DNA of 64,000 bases from a virus, in the IMG/VR virus record IMGVR_UViG_3300034103_001442, positions 32,001 through 96,000 of that record; one strand, written 5' to 3'. The notes below the pieces were generated by a model. That model was given only the letters and a program-made list of their open reading frames with translations. It was not told the origin of the DNA and ran no database searches. This document shows, piece after piece, positions 17,414 to 26,170 of this stretch; the stretch's first letter is position 1, and each line of letters begins with the position of its first letter. Both the position numbers and the translations under genes were made by a program.

Positions 17414-17990
17414 TTTCTTCCTCCATAAGAATTTTTTCATAAATTTCCTTCCAATTCCTGACCAGTGGGATCAGGTTGTCAATATAATGCATGTTGTGTT
17501 CGTGTTCCATTAGGATTGAATTCAACCCAATATCAGAACCAACCACAGCATTTTCGATCTTATCTTCAATCCAGTACAACCCCGAATCACGATAGGGTTC
17601 AAGTACCTTATCCTTATCAGCGCCAGTGTCAAGACAAATCACTGACTCGATTGCACTACCAAACAACTTGATCAAATTCTTTTCGCGCAGTCGCTTGGCA
17701 TAAGGGTCAAGGCTCAGTGAAGTGATTACGCGAAAAACGTAACCGTGCTCTTCGTGAAGTCGCTTGACGTAATACATGGCATCACGGTGTGGGGGTAAAA
17801 ACCCAATCGCCGCAGACTCATTAAACTGCCTGATCAGTTTTTTAGCGTTATCAATACCGTAACGTTCTCCAATGTTGTAAGCACTAGTGTCTACAACCTT
17901 GTGACCATGAGTCTCCATCCAACATTCAAATGCAAACTCCCAATTGAGTAGCACACCATCACAATCTGTCAATATCAATTTACTATTCAT
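17406..17990 (-). CDS. HAD-family phosphatase / 5'-nucleotidase (T4 30.2-like)
   Basis: LTDCDGVLL.W, ITSL, WIEDK..NA..G. Confidence 0.8.
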   Translation of the reverse strand: MNSKLILTDCDGVLLNWEFAFECWMETHGHKVVDTSAYNIGERYGIDNAKKLIRQFNESAAIGFLPPHRDAMYYVKRLHEEHGYVFRVITSLSLDPYAKRLREKNLIKLFGSAIESVICLDTGADKDKVLEPYRDSGLYWIEDKIENAVVGSDIGLNSILMEHEHNMHYIDNLIPLVRNWKEIYEKILMEEENV

Positions 17991-17996
17991 AATACG

Positions 17997-18025
17997 ATAT
18001 TACGGCATTTCAGAAATAAAGTCAA
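17997..18025 (-). promoter_or_regulatory. Sigma70-type early promoter, leaderless
   Basis: TTGACT-17 nt (TTATTTCTGAAA core)-TAATAT, then 6 nt to ATG at 17990. Confidence 0.75.
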
Positions 18026-19041
18026 GTGGTAAAAACTCTATTGTGAGTGTCGGTGCATCTTATGAACTCAACCTTGTCTGCAAATTGAGAAAGGTTGGCT
18101 GCACCTACGTAAGTGCATGCGCTTCTGAGCCCTCCGAGCAAGTCTCTGACCGTATTGGACACTGGTCCACGATAAGGTATGGTGACGGTTCTGCCCTCGC
18201 TACTACGGTAATCGGCAACGCCGCCATTGTGTTTGTTCATTGCGGTATCACTGCTCATACCGTAAAACATCACTTTACCATCAATGGGTTTCCTACAACC
18301 CTCATCATGACCAGCGAGCATACCGCCAAGCATTACAAAGTCGGCACCTGCGCCAAATGCTTTAGCAACATCGCCAGGAGAAGTGCAGCCGCCATCAGCA
18401 ATGATATGACCGCCCAAAACGTGAGCAGCATGAGCGCATTCGAGTACTGCTGACAATTGCGGGTAGCCCACTCCAGTTTGTAGACGAGTAGTGCACACAC
18501 TACCAGGACCAATACCAACTTTAACAATATCAACGCCATTCTTAATTAACTCCATTGTCATATCACCAGTGACAACGTTACCCGCAATGAGCGTGGTGGT
18601 TGGAAATTGAGTCCGCAAAATCCGAATTGTATCAATAAATGAATCCGTGTAACCATTAGCAACATCAAGGCAAATATATTGAGGTATGGATGCCTTGAAA
18701 ACTCTAGTCAGTTTTATCAGGTCATTATTATTAGTGCCAATTGAAATCGCAGAATTTGGTTTGGGTGATCTGAAATGACGAATCAATTCTTCTTCGCTGT
18801 AATGCTTAATCAAACAAGTGAACATGTTGTATTTGTCAAGTTCACTTTCCATATTAAAAGTGCCCACCCCATCCATGTTTGCTGCCATGATTGGAGTGCC
18901 AGTGTATTTTTTCTTTGAGTGCTTGAAGGTGTAATTTACATTCAAGTCAACTTCTGATCGTGACTTGAGTTTTGATCGTTTTGGCACAATCAAAACATCA
19001 CTGTAATTGTATTTCAATTCTTCAATTATTTTCATATACAT
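18022..19041 (-). CDS. guaC: GMP reductase
   Basis: PKRS.L.SRSEV, PIMAANMDGVGTF, CLDVANGY, AGNVVT, KVGIGPGSVCTTR, FYGMSS, YRSSEG, LGGLRSACTYVGA. Confidence 0.96.
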   Translation of the reverse strand: MYMKIIEELKYNYSDVLIVPKRSKLKSRSEVDLNVNYTFKHSKKKYTGTPIMAANMDGVGTFNMESELDKYNMFTCLIKHYSEEELIRHFRSPKPNSAISIGTNNNDLIKLTRVFKASIPQYICLDVANGYTDSFIDTIRILRTQFPTTTLIAGNVVTGDMTMELIKNGVDIVKVGIGPGSVCTTRLQTGVGYPQLSAVLECAHAAHVLGGHIIADGGCTSPGDVAKAFGAGADFVMLGGMLAGHDEGCRKPIDGKVMFYGMSSDTAMNKHNGGVADYRSSEGRTVTIPYRGPVSNTVRDLLGGLRSACTYVGAANLSQFADKVEFIRCTDTHNRVFTT

Positions 19042-19156
19042 CCCAAAAAGAATTCGGTTTATCTCTGTTGGTGCGCATCCAACTTGATCCTACAAAACTA
19101 CCATCGCTGTGCGACAAACTCTACACCGAAAGGTTGAGCGGTAGGTTTTTATTTAG

Positions 19157-20122
19157 TTACGCCGCCTCGGCAAACTCCACGGCAGTCTCAAGCGCATTGG
19201 TCTTGAGTGTGCGGTTCTGACCGAACCAAGCACTTCGGAGACGAGCATCAGCGGTACGACCAATCACGTGGTCAGTCATAAAGGTGACGGTGTTGAATGC
19301 CTGCCACCAAGTACCCTCAGCAAAGTTCGCTCCTGGTTGCTGATTGATAATATCAAGAGCAATCTTCGCGTTCTTGCTGACTTCCTTCTTACCCTCAACC
19401 TTTGAGGTGATGACAGGGAACACACGGTTGAAGTACTCACCAAGAGTTTCGTTAGTGTATCGCTTCTGACCGAGGAACGCAGCCATTTCCTTATACTGAG
19501 CCAACTTGTCTTTCGCAATGCCAAGGGTCTGCTTGACCGCATCGCCATCAAACTTACGACGGTGCGAGACCTTTACAACCTGCGAGTTGAGGCTGGAACC
19601 CTGAATGGCAAGGGTGAGTGTGTTGTTGCACACTACGCGGATCGGGGTGAACCGAATGTCAATAGACTGACCATAAGAGTGGGGGTTGGTGAAGAGCAAG
19701 AAACTCTCAACCTTGTCACCACCAAACAGTTCAAAACTGTCATTGACCTTGGCAAGCGCCCAAACAATACGACCGTCAGCAAGTGAACCAGCGGTATGCA
19801 TTTCCATATCACCAGCCGCGACAAAGTCATTGAAGAACTCAAACGCCTCCTGGTTTTGGCAAGGCTCCCAGTCATTGGTGATGACATCGAGAATCTTGTT
19901 ATCAGAACTGCGAACCAGTGCTGATCGGTTAACGCTGGTTTCAACGCCACCAATCATAGCAAAGGCAGGAACAGGGGTGACAGTCCAATCCAACTTCGCT
20001 GCCTGAAGCATTTGCTCGGGCGAAACGTCATTGGGAACCTTTACACCAAGACCGTGCCAAGGGGTCTCACCAGCATAAGCCATGTGAGCAAAACCATCAA
20101 CCACTTCAATCATATGTGCCAT
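19157..20122 (-). CDS. DUF932-family protein
   Basis: MAY.GETPWHGLG, A.LDW.V, QN.EAF.FF, TAGSL..GR.VW.LA, TPIRVVCNNTL, T.W.AFN.VT...DH, SAWFG. Confidence 0.85.
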   Translation of the reverse strand: MAHMIEVVDGFAHMAYAGETPWHGLGVKVPNDVSPEQMLQAAKLDWTVTPVPAFAMIGGVETSVNRSALVRSSDNKILDVITNDWEPCQNQEAFEFFNDFVAAGDMEMHTAGSLADGRIVWALAKVNDSFELFGGDKVESFLLFTNPHSYGQSIDIRFTPIRVVCNNTLTLAIQGSSLNSQVVKVSHRRKFDGDAVKQTLGIAKDKLAQYKEMAAFLGQKRYTNETLGEYFNRVFPVITSKVEGKKEVSKNAKIALDIINQQPGANFAEGTWWQAFNTVTFMTDHVIGRTADARLRSAWFGQNRTLKTNALETAVEFAEAA

Positions 20123-20135
20123 AACAAATTACTCC

Positions 20136-20309
20136 TTAAATATCCAAATCACAAACATCATAATCAATTTCACCACGTTCATAACAAGAGATCACGTCAT
20201 GAACCATTTCTAAAGAAACTCCAAGTGACTTGGAAATTTCCTCTTCCTTCATGCCATCATTGCAATACATATCAATGATGTCAATTTCAATGTTCTTAAA
20301 GAATCCCAT
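20136..20309 (-). CDS. Small HTH-like protein, absent from the ORF track
   Basis: Own translation: MGFFKNIEIDIIDMYCNDGMKEEEISKSLGVSLEMVHDVISCYERGEIDYDVCDLDI*; coupled to the upstream ORF. Confidence 0.6.
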   Translation of the reverse strand: MGFFKNIEIDIIDMYCNDGMKEEEISKSLGVSLEMVHDVISCYERGEIDYDVCDLDI

Positions 20310-20518
20310 TATTTTTGCTCCATCAAATACTTCATTCGATTTTCAATGTACTTACGAGCCTGAGGACTCTCATCCATCATCATACCGAGAAGTGATTCAA
20401 GGTAGCCAACCATGTACTGACTCGGCTTGGTGATGTTCAACTTGTTGATTGCACGATCCTCAACCAGTTTGACAAAGGACTGGGCGAGGGCGAAATTGTT
20501 TATTGCTTTATTTTTCAT
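20309..20518 (-). CDS. Hypothetical early protein
   Basis: 69 aa with Y.VGYLES motif; directly behind an early promoter. Confidence 0.7.
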   Translation of the reverse strand: MKNKAINNFALAQSFVKLVEDRAINKLNITKPSQYMVGYLESLLGMMMDESPQARKYIENRMKYLMEQK

Positions 20519-20524
20519 ACTTCC

Positions 20525-20553
20525 AGTATACGTTTTTTCAGAAATAAAATAAA
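20525..20553 (-). promoter_or_regulatory. Early promoter, leaderless
   Basis: TTTATT-TTATTTCTGAAAAAACG-TATACT, then 6 nt to ATG at 20518. Confidence 0.85.
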
Positions 20554-20561
20554 GTCTTTTT

Positions 20562-20717
20562 TTAAGAATTTTTCAACAACTGAACTTTTTCTTCAATTTC
20601 CGCAAGACGACGTTCAGTCTCAGCATTGTCAATCGGAGAAAGTTGACCACGAACTTCTGAAAGGAAAATCCACTGCTCAACCAAACGGTCAATCATTTGT
20701 TGTTTGTCAATAGGCAT
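20562..20717 (-). CDS. Hypothetical early protein
   Basis: ATG at 20717 (MPIDKQQMIDRL...) fits gene packing. Confidence 0.55.
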   Translation of the reverse strand: MPIDKQQMIDRLVEQWIFLSEVRGQLSPIDNAETERRLAEIEEKVQLLKNS

Positions 20718-20718
20718 A

Positions 20719-20940
20719 TTACACCCAGTCCTTATGATTGTCAGACTCTTCGTTTTCGTCAAAGCCAAGGTTGTACTCATAAATTTCATCCTTGGTCATA
20801 TTTTCTTCAAGGATTTCTTCACTGTTGTACGTGTCTCCACGGAAAAAATGCGGGCGACGAGGGCGACGGTAGTAACTGTCAGCGGAACCGCGATCATACG
20901 GACCACCGTGGCGGCGATTGATTTCCAATACACGTGACAT
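20719..20940 (-). CDS. Hypothetical phage protein
   Basis: RHGGPYDRGSADSYYRR..PH, EI.EY..G; ATG at 20940. Confidence 0.7.
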   Translation of the reverse strand: MSRVLEINRRHGGPYDRGSADSYYRRPRRPHFFRGDTYNSEEILEENMTKDEIYEYNLGFDENEESDNHKDWV

Positions 20941-20941
20941 T

Positions 20942-21220
20942 TTACTTTTGCTCCGTGGTATAAACTGAAAGGATCCATTTGGCACGATTGAGCAACTGAC
21001 GAATGTCATCACGCTCCATCCAATCAATTTCACCCTGAACAGGATCAACCATGTTGCTGGCATCACTGATCAACCTGATTGCCATTGCGGTGGGGCTGGA
21101 AAACCTGAAAGACAAATTTTCAGTAACTACCTCACGCATTTGCTCAACCGTACAGCCGTAAATGGCAACTTCACGCTTTTCAGCGTCGCTCATATTCAAA
21201 TATGTGTTTTCGTTTATCAT
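20942..21220 (-). CDS. Hypothetical early protein
   Basis: 92 aa; YGCT.EQM and RQ.LNRAKW; behind an early promoter. Confidence 0.7.
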   Translation of the reverse strand: MINENTYLNMSDAEKREVAIYGCTVEQMREVVTENLSFRFSSPTAMAIRLISDASNMVDPVQGEIDWMERDDIRQLLNRAKWILSVYTTEQK

Positions 21221-21226
21221 AGAACC

Positions 21227-21255
21227 AGTATACGTTCTTTCAGAAATAAAGAAAA
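21227..21255 (-). promoter_or_regulatory. Early promoter, leaderless
   Basis: TTTTCT-17 nt-TATACT, then 6 nt to ATG at 21220. Confidence 0.85.
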
Positions 21256-21267
21256 GTTTTTTTTAAA

Positions 21268-21468
21268 TTAAAGCGGATGACGGTCTTGGTAAGTGTCCAT
21301 CCAGTTTTTTAGATACTGTCTGGCTTCTTGCTTGTTGACCCCAAACACTTCAGAAATATACGGTGCTGCTCCAAACATGTTGATCGCACCAGACTTTTGC
21401 ATAGTGTCCAGATAAATGTTGACCTTTTTTTGCATTTCCATTCTAAACTTATCCATGATTAACCCCAA
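21268..21468 (-). CDS. Hypothetical protein
   Basis: YLD....SG..NMFGA.PY....FG......A......WM pattern. Confidence 0.7.
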   Translation of the reverse strand: MGLIMDKFRMEMQKKVNIYLDTMQKSGAINMFGAAPYISEVFGVNKQEARQYLKNWMDTYQDRHPL

Positions 21469-21824
21469 TTTTTGCCGCTGAGATAACCATACGGAACACC
21501 GAGTTCGAACTCGAGAGACTCAACGCTACCGTAGGTGTTGTATGCATCATGCAGTTGGCGAATTACATCCTCGCGCGACTCACCAAATTGCTGCTTGAAC
21601 CGAACACGCTCTTCAAACTTGGCAATCGCCTCCTCATGATAACGTTTTTCCTCGCGGATCGAATCGCCGACAGCGTCGACAAGTTGATCCCAAAGATCCT
21701 GCTTACCGTCGTCATCGAGACAGTCCCACTCACGGTAAAAAGTCTCATTAGGACGGAAGCCATAGGCATCCTTGTGAAGGTCGGAGAGAATGTTTTCGTC
21801 AAAAGTGTATGTCGTAGTGTTCAT
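21459..21824 (-). CDS. Hypothetical early protein
   Basis: SDLHKDAYGFRP, E..LGVPYGY. Confidence 0.75.
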   Translation of the reverse strand: MNTTTYTFDENILSDLHKDAYGFRPNETFYREWDCLDDDGKQDLWDQLVDAVGDSIREEKRYHEEAIAKFEERVRFKQQFGESREDVIRQLHDAYNTYGSVESLEFELGVPYGYLSGKNWG

Positions 21825-21832
21825 ATAGAGCC

Positions 21833-21861
21833 AGTATAGGTTATTTCAGAAATAAAATAAA
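21833..21861 (-). promoter_or_regulatory. Early promoter
   Basis: TTTATT-17 nt-TATACT, then 8 nt to ATG at 21824. Confidence 0.85.
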
Positions 21862-21867
21862 GTCTTT

Positions 21868-22143
21868 TTAAGACTTTGCTCGCTTGAGAATCTCACCAAC
21901 ATGGAACACTGAGAAATAAAACGGAACCATTTTGCGAGTTTGATCCTCGTCAGCACCCTTCTTTTCAACCAAACGCATAAGACGAGCAGCAGACTTCAGA
22001 CCTTTCATCTTGGCACCAGACATGCCAGGGATCTTGATTGCTTGCTTGAAGGTAACAAACGCATCGCCCTCTTCAAACCCAAGGCTCTCAAGGATGTCAG
22101 CATTTTGACCCGTATACTCGTGACCAGAAACATAATTACGCAT
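21868..22143 (-). CDS. ArdC N-terminal-like (ssDNA-binding) small protein
   Basis: N..SG..Y.G.N...L, FVTFKQA, G..MKG.K, YFSVF resemble the ArdC/DUF1738 pattern; SD AAGGA before ATG at 22143. Confidence 0.55.
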   Translation of the reverse strand: MRNYVSGHEYTGQNADILESLGFEEGDAFVTFKQAIKIPGMSGAKMKGLKSAARLMRLVEKKGADEDQTRKMVPFYFSVFHVGEILKRAKS

Positions 22144-22178
22144 TTCAAATTTCCTTTCAATTACCAAACTATAGATCC

Positions 22179-22207
22179 AGTATAAGTTATTTCAGAAATA
22201 AAAAAAA
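22179..22207 (-). promoter_or_regulatory. Early promoter overlapping the porin terminator
   Basis: TTATTTCTGAAATAACT-TATACT. Confidence 0.7.
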
Positions 22208-22230
22208 GGGGTGACATTATGCCACCCCTC
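22200..22230 (-). terminator. Terminator after the porin gene
   Basis: AGGGGTGGC-ATAAT-GTCACCCCT followed by a T run. Confidence 0.85.
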
Positions 22231-22252
22231 TTCATCTAGTTTCTTTTAGAAA

Positions 22253-23224
22253 TTAGAAAGCAAATACAAGATCGACCATGAGTCGCTTGTAATCGGCTTT
22301 GGCTGCGCCAACCTCTACATCAAAGAGACTGCCACGAACCATCCAACCATCAGCAAGCCCATAGGCTGCGCGAATGGCTGTACCGTCATGAAGTGTTGCT
22401 TCACCACCAAAGTCACTATCAGTCCAAACGGCTGAAAGTGCGTTGGCTTCCGCATCTTGCTTCAATACGCTAACTTCCCAGTCACCTGCTTTCTTTGCAT
22501 TTCCAAAGGTAACACCGTATGCTGTTGCCTTGTCTTGGGTTTTAGCCTCATCGTTGGTTAGTTGCTCAACAAAAAGTTTTACTGGAACACCAGCAACATC
22601 CTTCTTGAGTGATGCACCTAAAATAAGTTGATCATGCTTCACGAAAGCATTACCAACTTTGACCTCCTGCTTTAATGTTGTTGCATGAGCCGCAACATCA
22701 AGACCAGCAAGTTTCTTATTCAAACCAACTTGCAGACCAACAAGATCGCTGTCTTTAGCAACGCCACCTTCAGCTAATTTTAAGTTGAAAGCACTGGCTG
22801 AAAGACCGCTATCATGTTTCATTGCAACTGCCAATCCTTCTGGCTTGATATCGTTATCAAAAAATAACGCATCAGATGCCCAAGGACGATTCATTTTGCC
22901 AAGTGTTACCTTTGCAAATGGCGCAGCTGCATATTCAACATATGCCAAATCGAGTCCAACATTCTTTAATGAATTACCTTCGCCCATGTCATTCCAACCA
23001 GACTTTGTAGTACCAGTGCGAACACCAAATACAACTTTTGTCTTGTCGTTGACATCAGCAGTTGTTTTCAACTGCAAACGGAGACGATCACGATTTGAAT
23101 CGGTGAGACCAAGTTGAAGATCATCATTGCGATAACCTAAACCACCACCGAACTTTACATCAGCGGCTTGCGCTACTGAGAACATTGTGCCCAAAATAAC
23201 AAATGTTAAAATTGCTTTACGCAT
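22253..23224 (-). CDS. Putative outer-membrane porin (beta-barrel)
   Basis: Signal peptide (AQA-A), R.R.RL motif, LDLAYVEY, GKM..PW, alternating beta strands, C-terminal Phe (DLVFAF); directly downstream of pstS. Confidence 0.8.
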   Translation of the reverse strand: MRKAILTFVILGTMFSVAQAADVKFGGGLGYRNDDLQLGLTDSNRDRLRLQLKTTADVNDKTKVVFGVRTGTTKSGWNDMGEGNSLKNVGLDLAYVEYAAAPFAKVTLGKMNRPWASDALFFDNDIKPEGLAVAMKHDSGLSASAFNLKLAEGGVAKDSDLVGLQVGLNKKLAGLDVAAHATTLKQEVKVGNAFVKHDQLILGASLKKDVAGVPVKLFVEQLTNDEAKTQDKATAYGVTFGNAKKAGDWEVSVLKQDAEANALSAVWTDSDFGGEATLHDGTAIRAAYGLADGWMVRGSLFDVEVGAAKADYKRLMVDLVFAF

Positions 23225-23251
23225 TTTTTACTCCTTATCTACACCGCGAAA

Positions 23252-24250
23252 TTACGGCTTGAAGTTTTTCATTGACTTAACATCTGCTCTTGTTTTAGCA
23301 AGTTCAGATGGGTCAAGAGAAACTAAACCACGGTCTGAAAGATAACCTTCCTCGCCAATGGCTTTGTTACTCACATACTCTTCCATAAATTCTTTTAAGC
23401 CAGGAATGACACCAATGTGCGCTTTCTTGACATAAATGAATAATGGTCGTGCAGCCGTATATTTAGCATTTGAGATAGTTTCAAAATTTGGACTAATACC
23501 ATCAATTTTCAATGCTTTAATTTTATCTGCGTTTTCTTCTAGGAAAGAATAACCAAAAATACCGAGGGCATTTTTATTTGCTGCTAATTTTTGAACAATA
23601 AGGTTATCGTTCTCACCTGCTTCAATATATGCACCGTCTTCACGAATTAAATGACACTTCTTTTTATCATCAAATGGGCAACCTGCTTCCATAAAGAGTT
23701 CGTGAAATGAGTCACGTGTGCCAGAAGTTGGTGGTGGACCAAGCACTTCAATTTTTGTAGCAGGAAGTGAAGCATCAATTTGATTCCATGTCTTATATGG
23801 ATTTGGAATTAAATTTCCTGATGCATCTGGAACTTGCTTTGCTAATGCTTTCCAAAGTTGTTCCTTTGTGATATTGGTAAATTTACCTGCCTTTGATTCA
23901 GCAACGGTCAAACCATCGTAACCAATTTTGATTTCAACAATTTCACCAACGCCATTTTTTGTGCAAGTTTCAAACTCGCCCTTCTTCATTGCGCGTGATG
24001 CGTTTGCTACATCTGGAAACTGTGGACCAACGCCATTACAAAATAATTTAATACCGCCACCAGTACCTGTTGATTCAACCTTTGGGGTCTTAAACTTTCC
24101 AGCACGACCGAATTGCTCGGCGACGGCTGTTGTAAATGGATATACTGTTGAAGATCCTACTACAGAAATTTGGTCTCTGCCTTGCGCATTTGCAACGTGA
24201 GAAATTAGGATCAAACCGAAAACGAAAAGAACTGCGAGTTTAGACTTCAT
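23252..24250 (-). CDS. pstS: Phosphate ABC transporter substrate-binding protein
   Basis: Signal peptide; VGSSTVYPF, ESTGTGGG, NASR, IGYDG, GPPPTSGTRDSF, ENDNLIVQKL, RPLFIYVK. Confidence 0.95.
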   Translation of the reverse strand: MKSKLAVLFVFGLILISHVANAQGRDQISVVGSSTVYPFTTAVAEQFGRAGKFKTPKVESTGTGGGIKLFCNGVGPQFPDVANASRAMKKGEFETCTKNGVGEIVEIKIGYDGLTVAESKAGKFTNITKEQLWKALAKQVPDASGNLIPNPYKTWNQIDASLPATKIEVLGPPPTSGTRDSFHELFMEAGCPFDDKKKCHLIREDGAYIEAGENDNLIVQKLAANKNALGIFGYSFLEENADKIKALKIDGISPNFETISNAKYTAARPLFIYVKKAHIGVIPGLKEFMEEYVSNKAIGEEGYLSDRGLVSLDPSELAKTRADVKSMKNFKP

Positions 24251-24328
24251 AAACTGACTCCTTGTTATTACACTATCTGCCGTTTATTTAAAACGGGAAT
24301 GTCCAGATTTTGGGGGTGTAATAAAAAT

Positions 24329-25021
24329 TTAATTTTTGTGGTAGTTTTTAACCATCCCAGCAGCCTTTTCGATATACTTCACTGGCGACTCTATGAATAT
24401 TTGTGGCTTGGTTTCAGATTCAACACATATTCCAATCATAATCTTTTTGACGGGAATACCAGTCATTTCCCAAAACATGTAGGAATAAAGTGATGCTTGG
24501 AGGAAATAACTCTCAATCCACTCTTTCTTTTTTGTTTTGTCTGAAGTTTTGAAGTCGATAATAGAAATTTCATCATCATATTCGGCGATCAAGTCAACGC
24601 GACCTGCAACCTTTAATTTGTGAGACACTAGTGGTGACTCAACGCAATAAATGTTATCAACCTTATTATCAAGCACTTCCTTCATTTGATTGAATAACAT
24701 TTTAGTAGTCGGCATTTCTTCGCTGAAATTTACATCCTCATTGAGAACATATTTTTCACAGGCAAGGTGGAGTGCTTTTCCTCTTGATGCGGCACGCCTT
24801 GATATTTTATTTGCCTCAGCCTCACCTACACGCTTGCGCCATTCAAACAATGAAGTCTTGTCTGTCATAGAATCAAGCACTGTAGTTACTGATGGATAAG
24901 CATCGCCAGTTTCCATTACATAGTAGCGTTTGCCATTCTTACTGATTGTGTTTAGGTCTGGAAAATCAAGCAGTTTGTGTGTAAAGTTTTTACGCTTGAA
25001 GACCGAGTTTTTCTCTTGCAA
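24329..25021 (-). CDS. PD-(D/E)XK exonuclease (phoH-associated)
   Basis: YPSVTTVL, WRKRVGE.EAN, RG...H, AGRVD.IAEYD..ISIIDFKTS, YFLQ...Y; start uncertain. Confidence 0.85.
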   Translation of the reverse strand: MQEKNSVFKRKNFTHKLLDFPDLNTISKNGKRYYVMETGDAYPSVTTVLDSMTDKTSLFEWRKRVGEAEANKISRRAASRGKALHLACEKYVLNEDVNFSEEMPTTKMLFNQMKEVLDNKVDNIYCVESPLVSHKLKVAGRVDLIAEYDDEISIIDFKTSDKTKKKEWIESYFLQASLYSYMFWEMTGIPVKKIMIGICVESETKPQIFIESPVKYIEKAAGMVKNYHKN

Positions 25022-25745
25022 TGATGTACTCTTTTACCAATTTTGATCTGACAATATCTTTTTCTTGAAAATCAATATGCTCAAAGTCAGATAATTTGTT
25101 TATAATTTTAATGAAGTCTTGTAAGCCATTTCGTTCTTGATCACGTGTTAAATCAGACTGTCGAAAGTCCCCACAAAACATCACTCTACAGTTTTTGCCG
25201 ATGCGAGTTATAACTGAATCAAGTTCATGAAAAGTCATGTTGTTGATTTCATCTACAATCACATAGCAATCATTCAACGTTGTCCCACGAATAAACGACG
25301 TGGACATAAATTCAATTGCACCCCTTTGCTTCAAAACTTCATAAGCATCACCACGCTTGTATAGTTCTGAACAAATTGCCATGTATGGTGCTTCATACAC
25401 TTTCATTTTTTCTTTTTGATTGCCAGGTAGAAATCCCATATCGCGAGTGGGAACTACGCTTCTGACAATGTATATTTTATTTTGGACAGAGGCTCCATCC
25501 ATCAGCTGTTTTAAAGCAAGATACAGTGAGACAAAAGTCTTTCCTGTTCCTGCCATACCGTGCAACATTAAGTGTTTTTGTTGTTCAAACGCTTCAAATG
25601 TTTTTCTTTGGTTTTCGGTTATCGGCTGTATGTTTGCTAGTTTAAAGTTCGGTGAGGTAAATGTTGGTTTATTGCTTTCATCCAGTTCGCCATTTTGTTT
25701 CAGTATTCTTTTTTCTCTTTTTGTTAATCTTTTTGTAGTTGACAC
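24990..25745 (-). CDS. phoH: PhoH family ATPase
   Basis: G.AGTGKTF, RS.VPTRD.GFLPG, TSFIRGTT, VDE..N, TR.G, GD..QSDL, DIVRS.LVKEYI. Confidence 0.95.
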   Translation of the reverse strand: MSTTKRLTKREKRILKQNGELDESNKPTFTSPNFKLANIQPITENQRKTFEAFEQQKHLMLHGMAGTGKTFVSLYLALKQLMDGASVQNKIYIVRSVVPTRDMGFLPGNQKEKMKVYEAPYMAICSELYKRGDAYEVLKQRGAIEFMSTSFIRGTTLNDCYVIVDEINNMTFHELDSVITRIGKNCRVMFCGDFRQSDLTRDQERNGLQDFIKIINKLSDFEHIDFQEKDIVRSKLVKEYIIAREKLGLQA

Positions 25746-25753
25746 TGATAATC

Positions 25754-25981
25754 CTAAAATGTGTTGATGTTGGAGCCTCTGTGCTTTGATTTAATCTTTT
25801 TCAAAACATCCCTAAAACCAGCCGCTGGTTTCGTTTTTGTACCCTTATAACTCATTGCTGGAGCAGAATCAATGATCTGCTGAATGTTTGGGTCTTTAAC
25901 TAATTCATCCCTCGCGGAGATTGAAATAGTGTCTTCCCAAACCTTTCCAGTCTTTAAATTTTTAAAGGTATACGTTGGCAT
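25754..25981 (-). CDS. Small conserved protein (FmdB-like, MPTY start)
   Basis: MPTYTF.N..TG, GFRDVLKKIK..H. Confidence 0.7.
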   Translation of the reverse strand: MPTYTFKNLKTGKVWEDTISISARDELVKDPNIQQIIDSAPAMSYKGTKTKPAAGFRDVLKKIKSKHRGSNINTF

Positions 25982-25984
25982 GTT

Positions 25985-26170
25985 TTATTTATAATGATCA
26001 TCGTAAAAATCGTCATAATCATCATCAAGACGTTGAAGCAAGTCAATGTCATTAGTCCTCAAAGCATTACGCAATTTCTTTTCCTTACGCTTTTGCTTCC
26101 TGTCTTCATATGATTCATAACCACGTTCTTCGTCCTCATAAGACTCAAAACGTTTATCTCTTTTACTCAT
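25985..26170 (-). CDS. Hypothetical charged protein
   Basis: 61 aa, coupled to both neighbours. Confidence 0.6.
   Translation of the reverse strand: MSKRDKRFESYEDEERGYESYEDRKQKRKEKKLRNALRTNDIDLLQRLDDDYDDFYDDHYK

Noticed and set aside
19042-19152. HDV-like ribozyme reading of the guaC leader
   Set aside because: I could not place canonical P1.1/P3 and the catalytic C; kept only as a generic structured leader
20520-22210. CRISPR-like repeat array
   Set aside because: The repeats are degenerate, irregularly spaced and separated by whole genes; they fit promoters
24251-24330. Pho box upstream of pstS
   Set aside because: No convincing CTGTCAT-type direct repeats at 11-bp spacing
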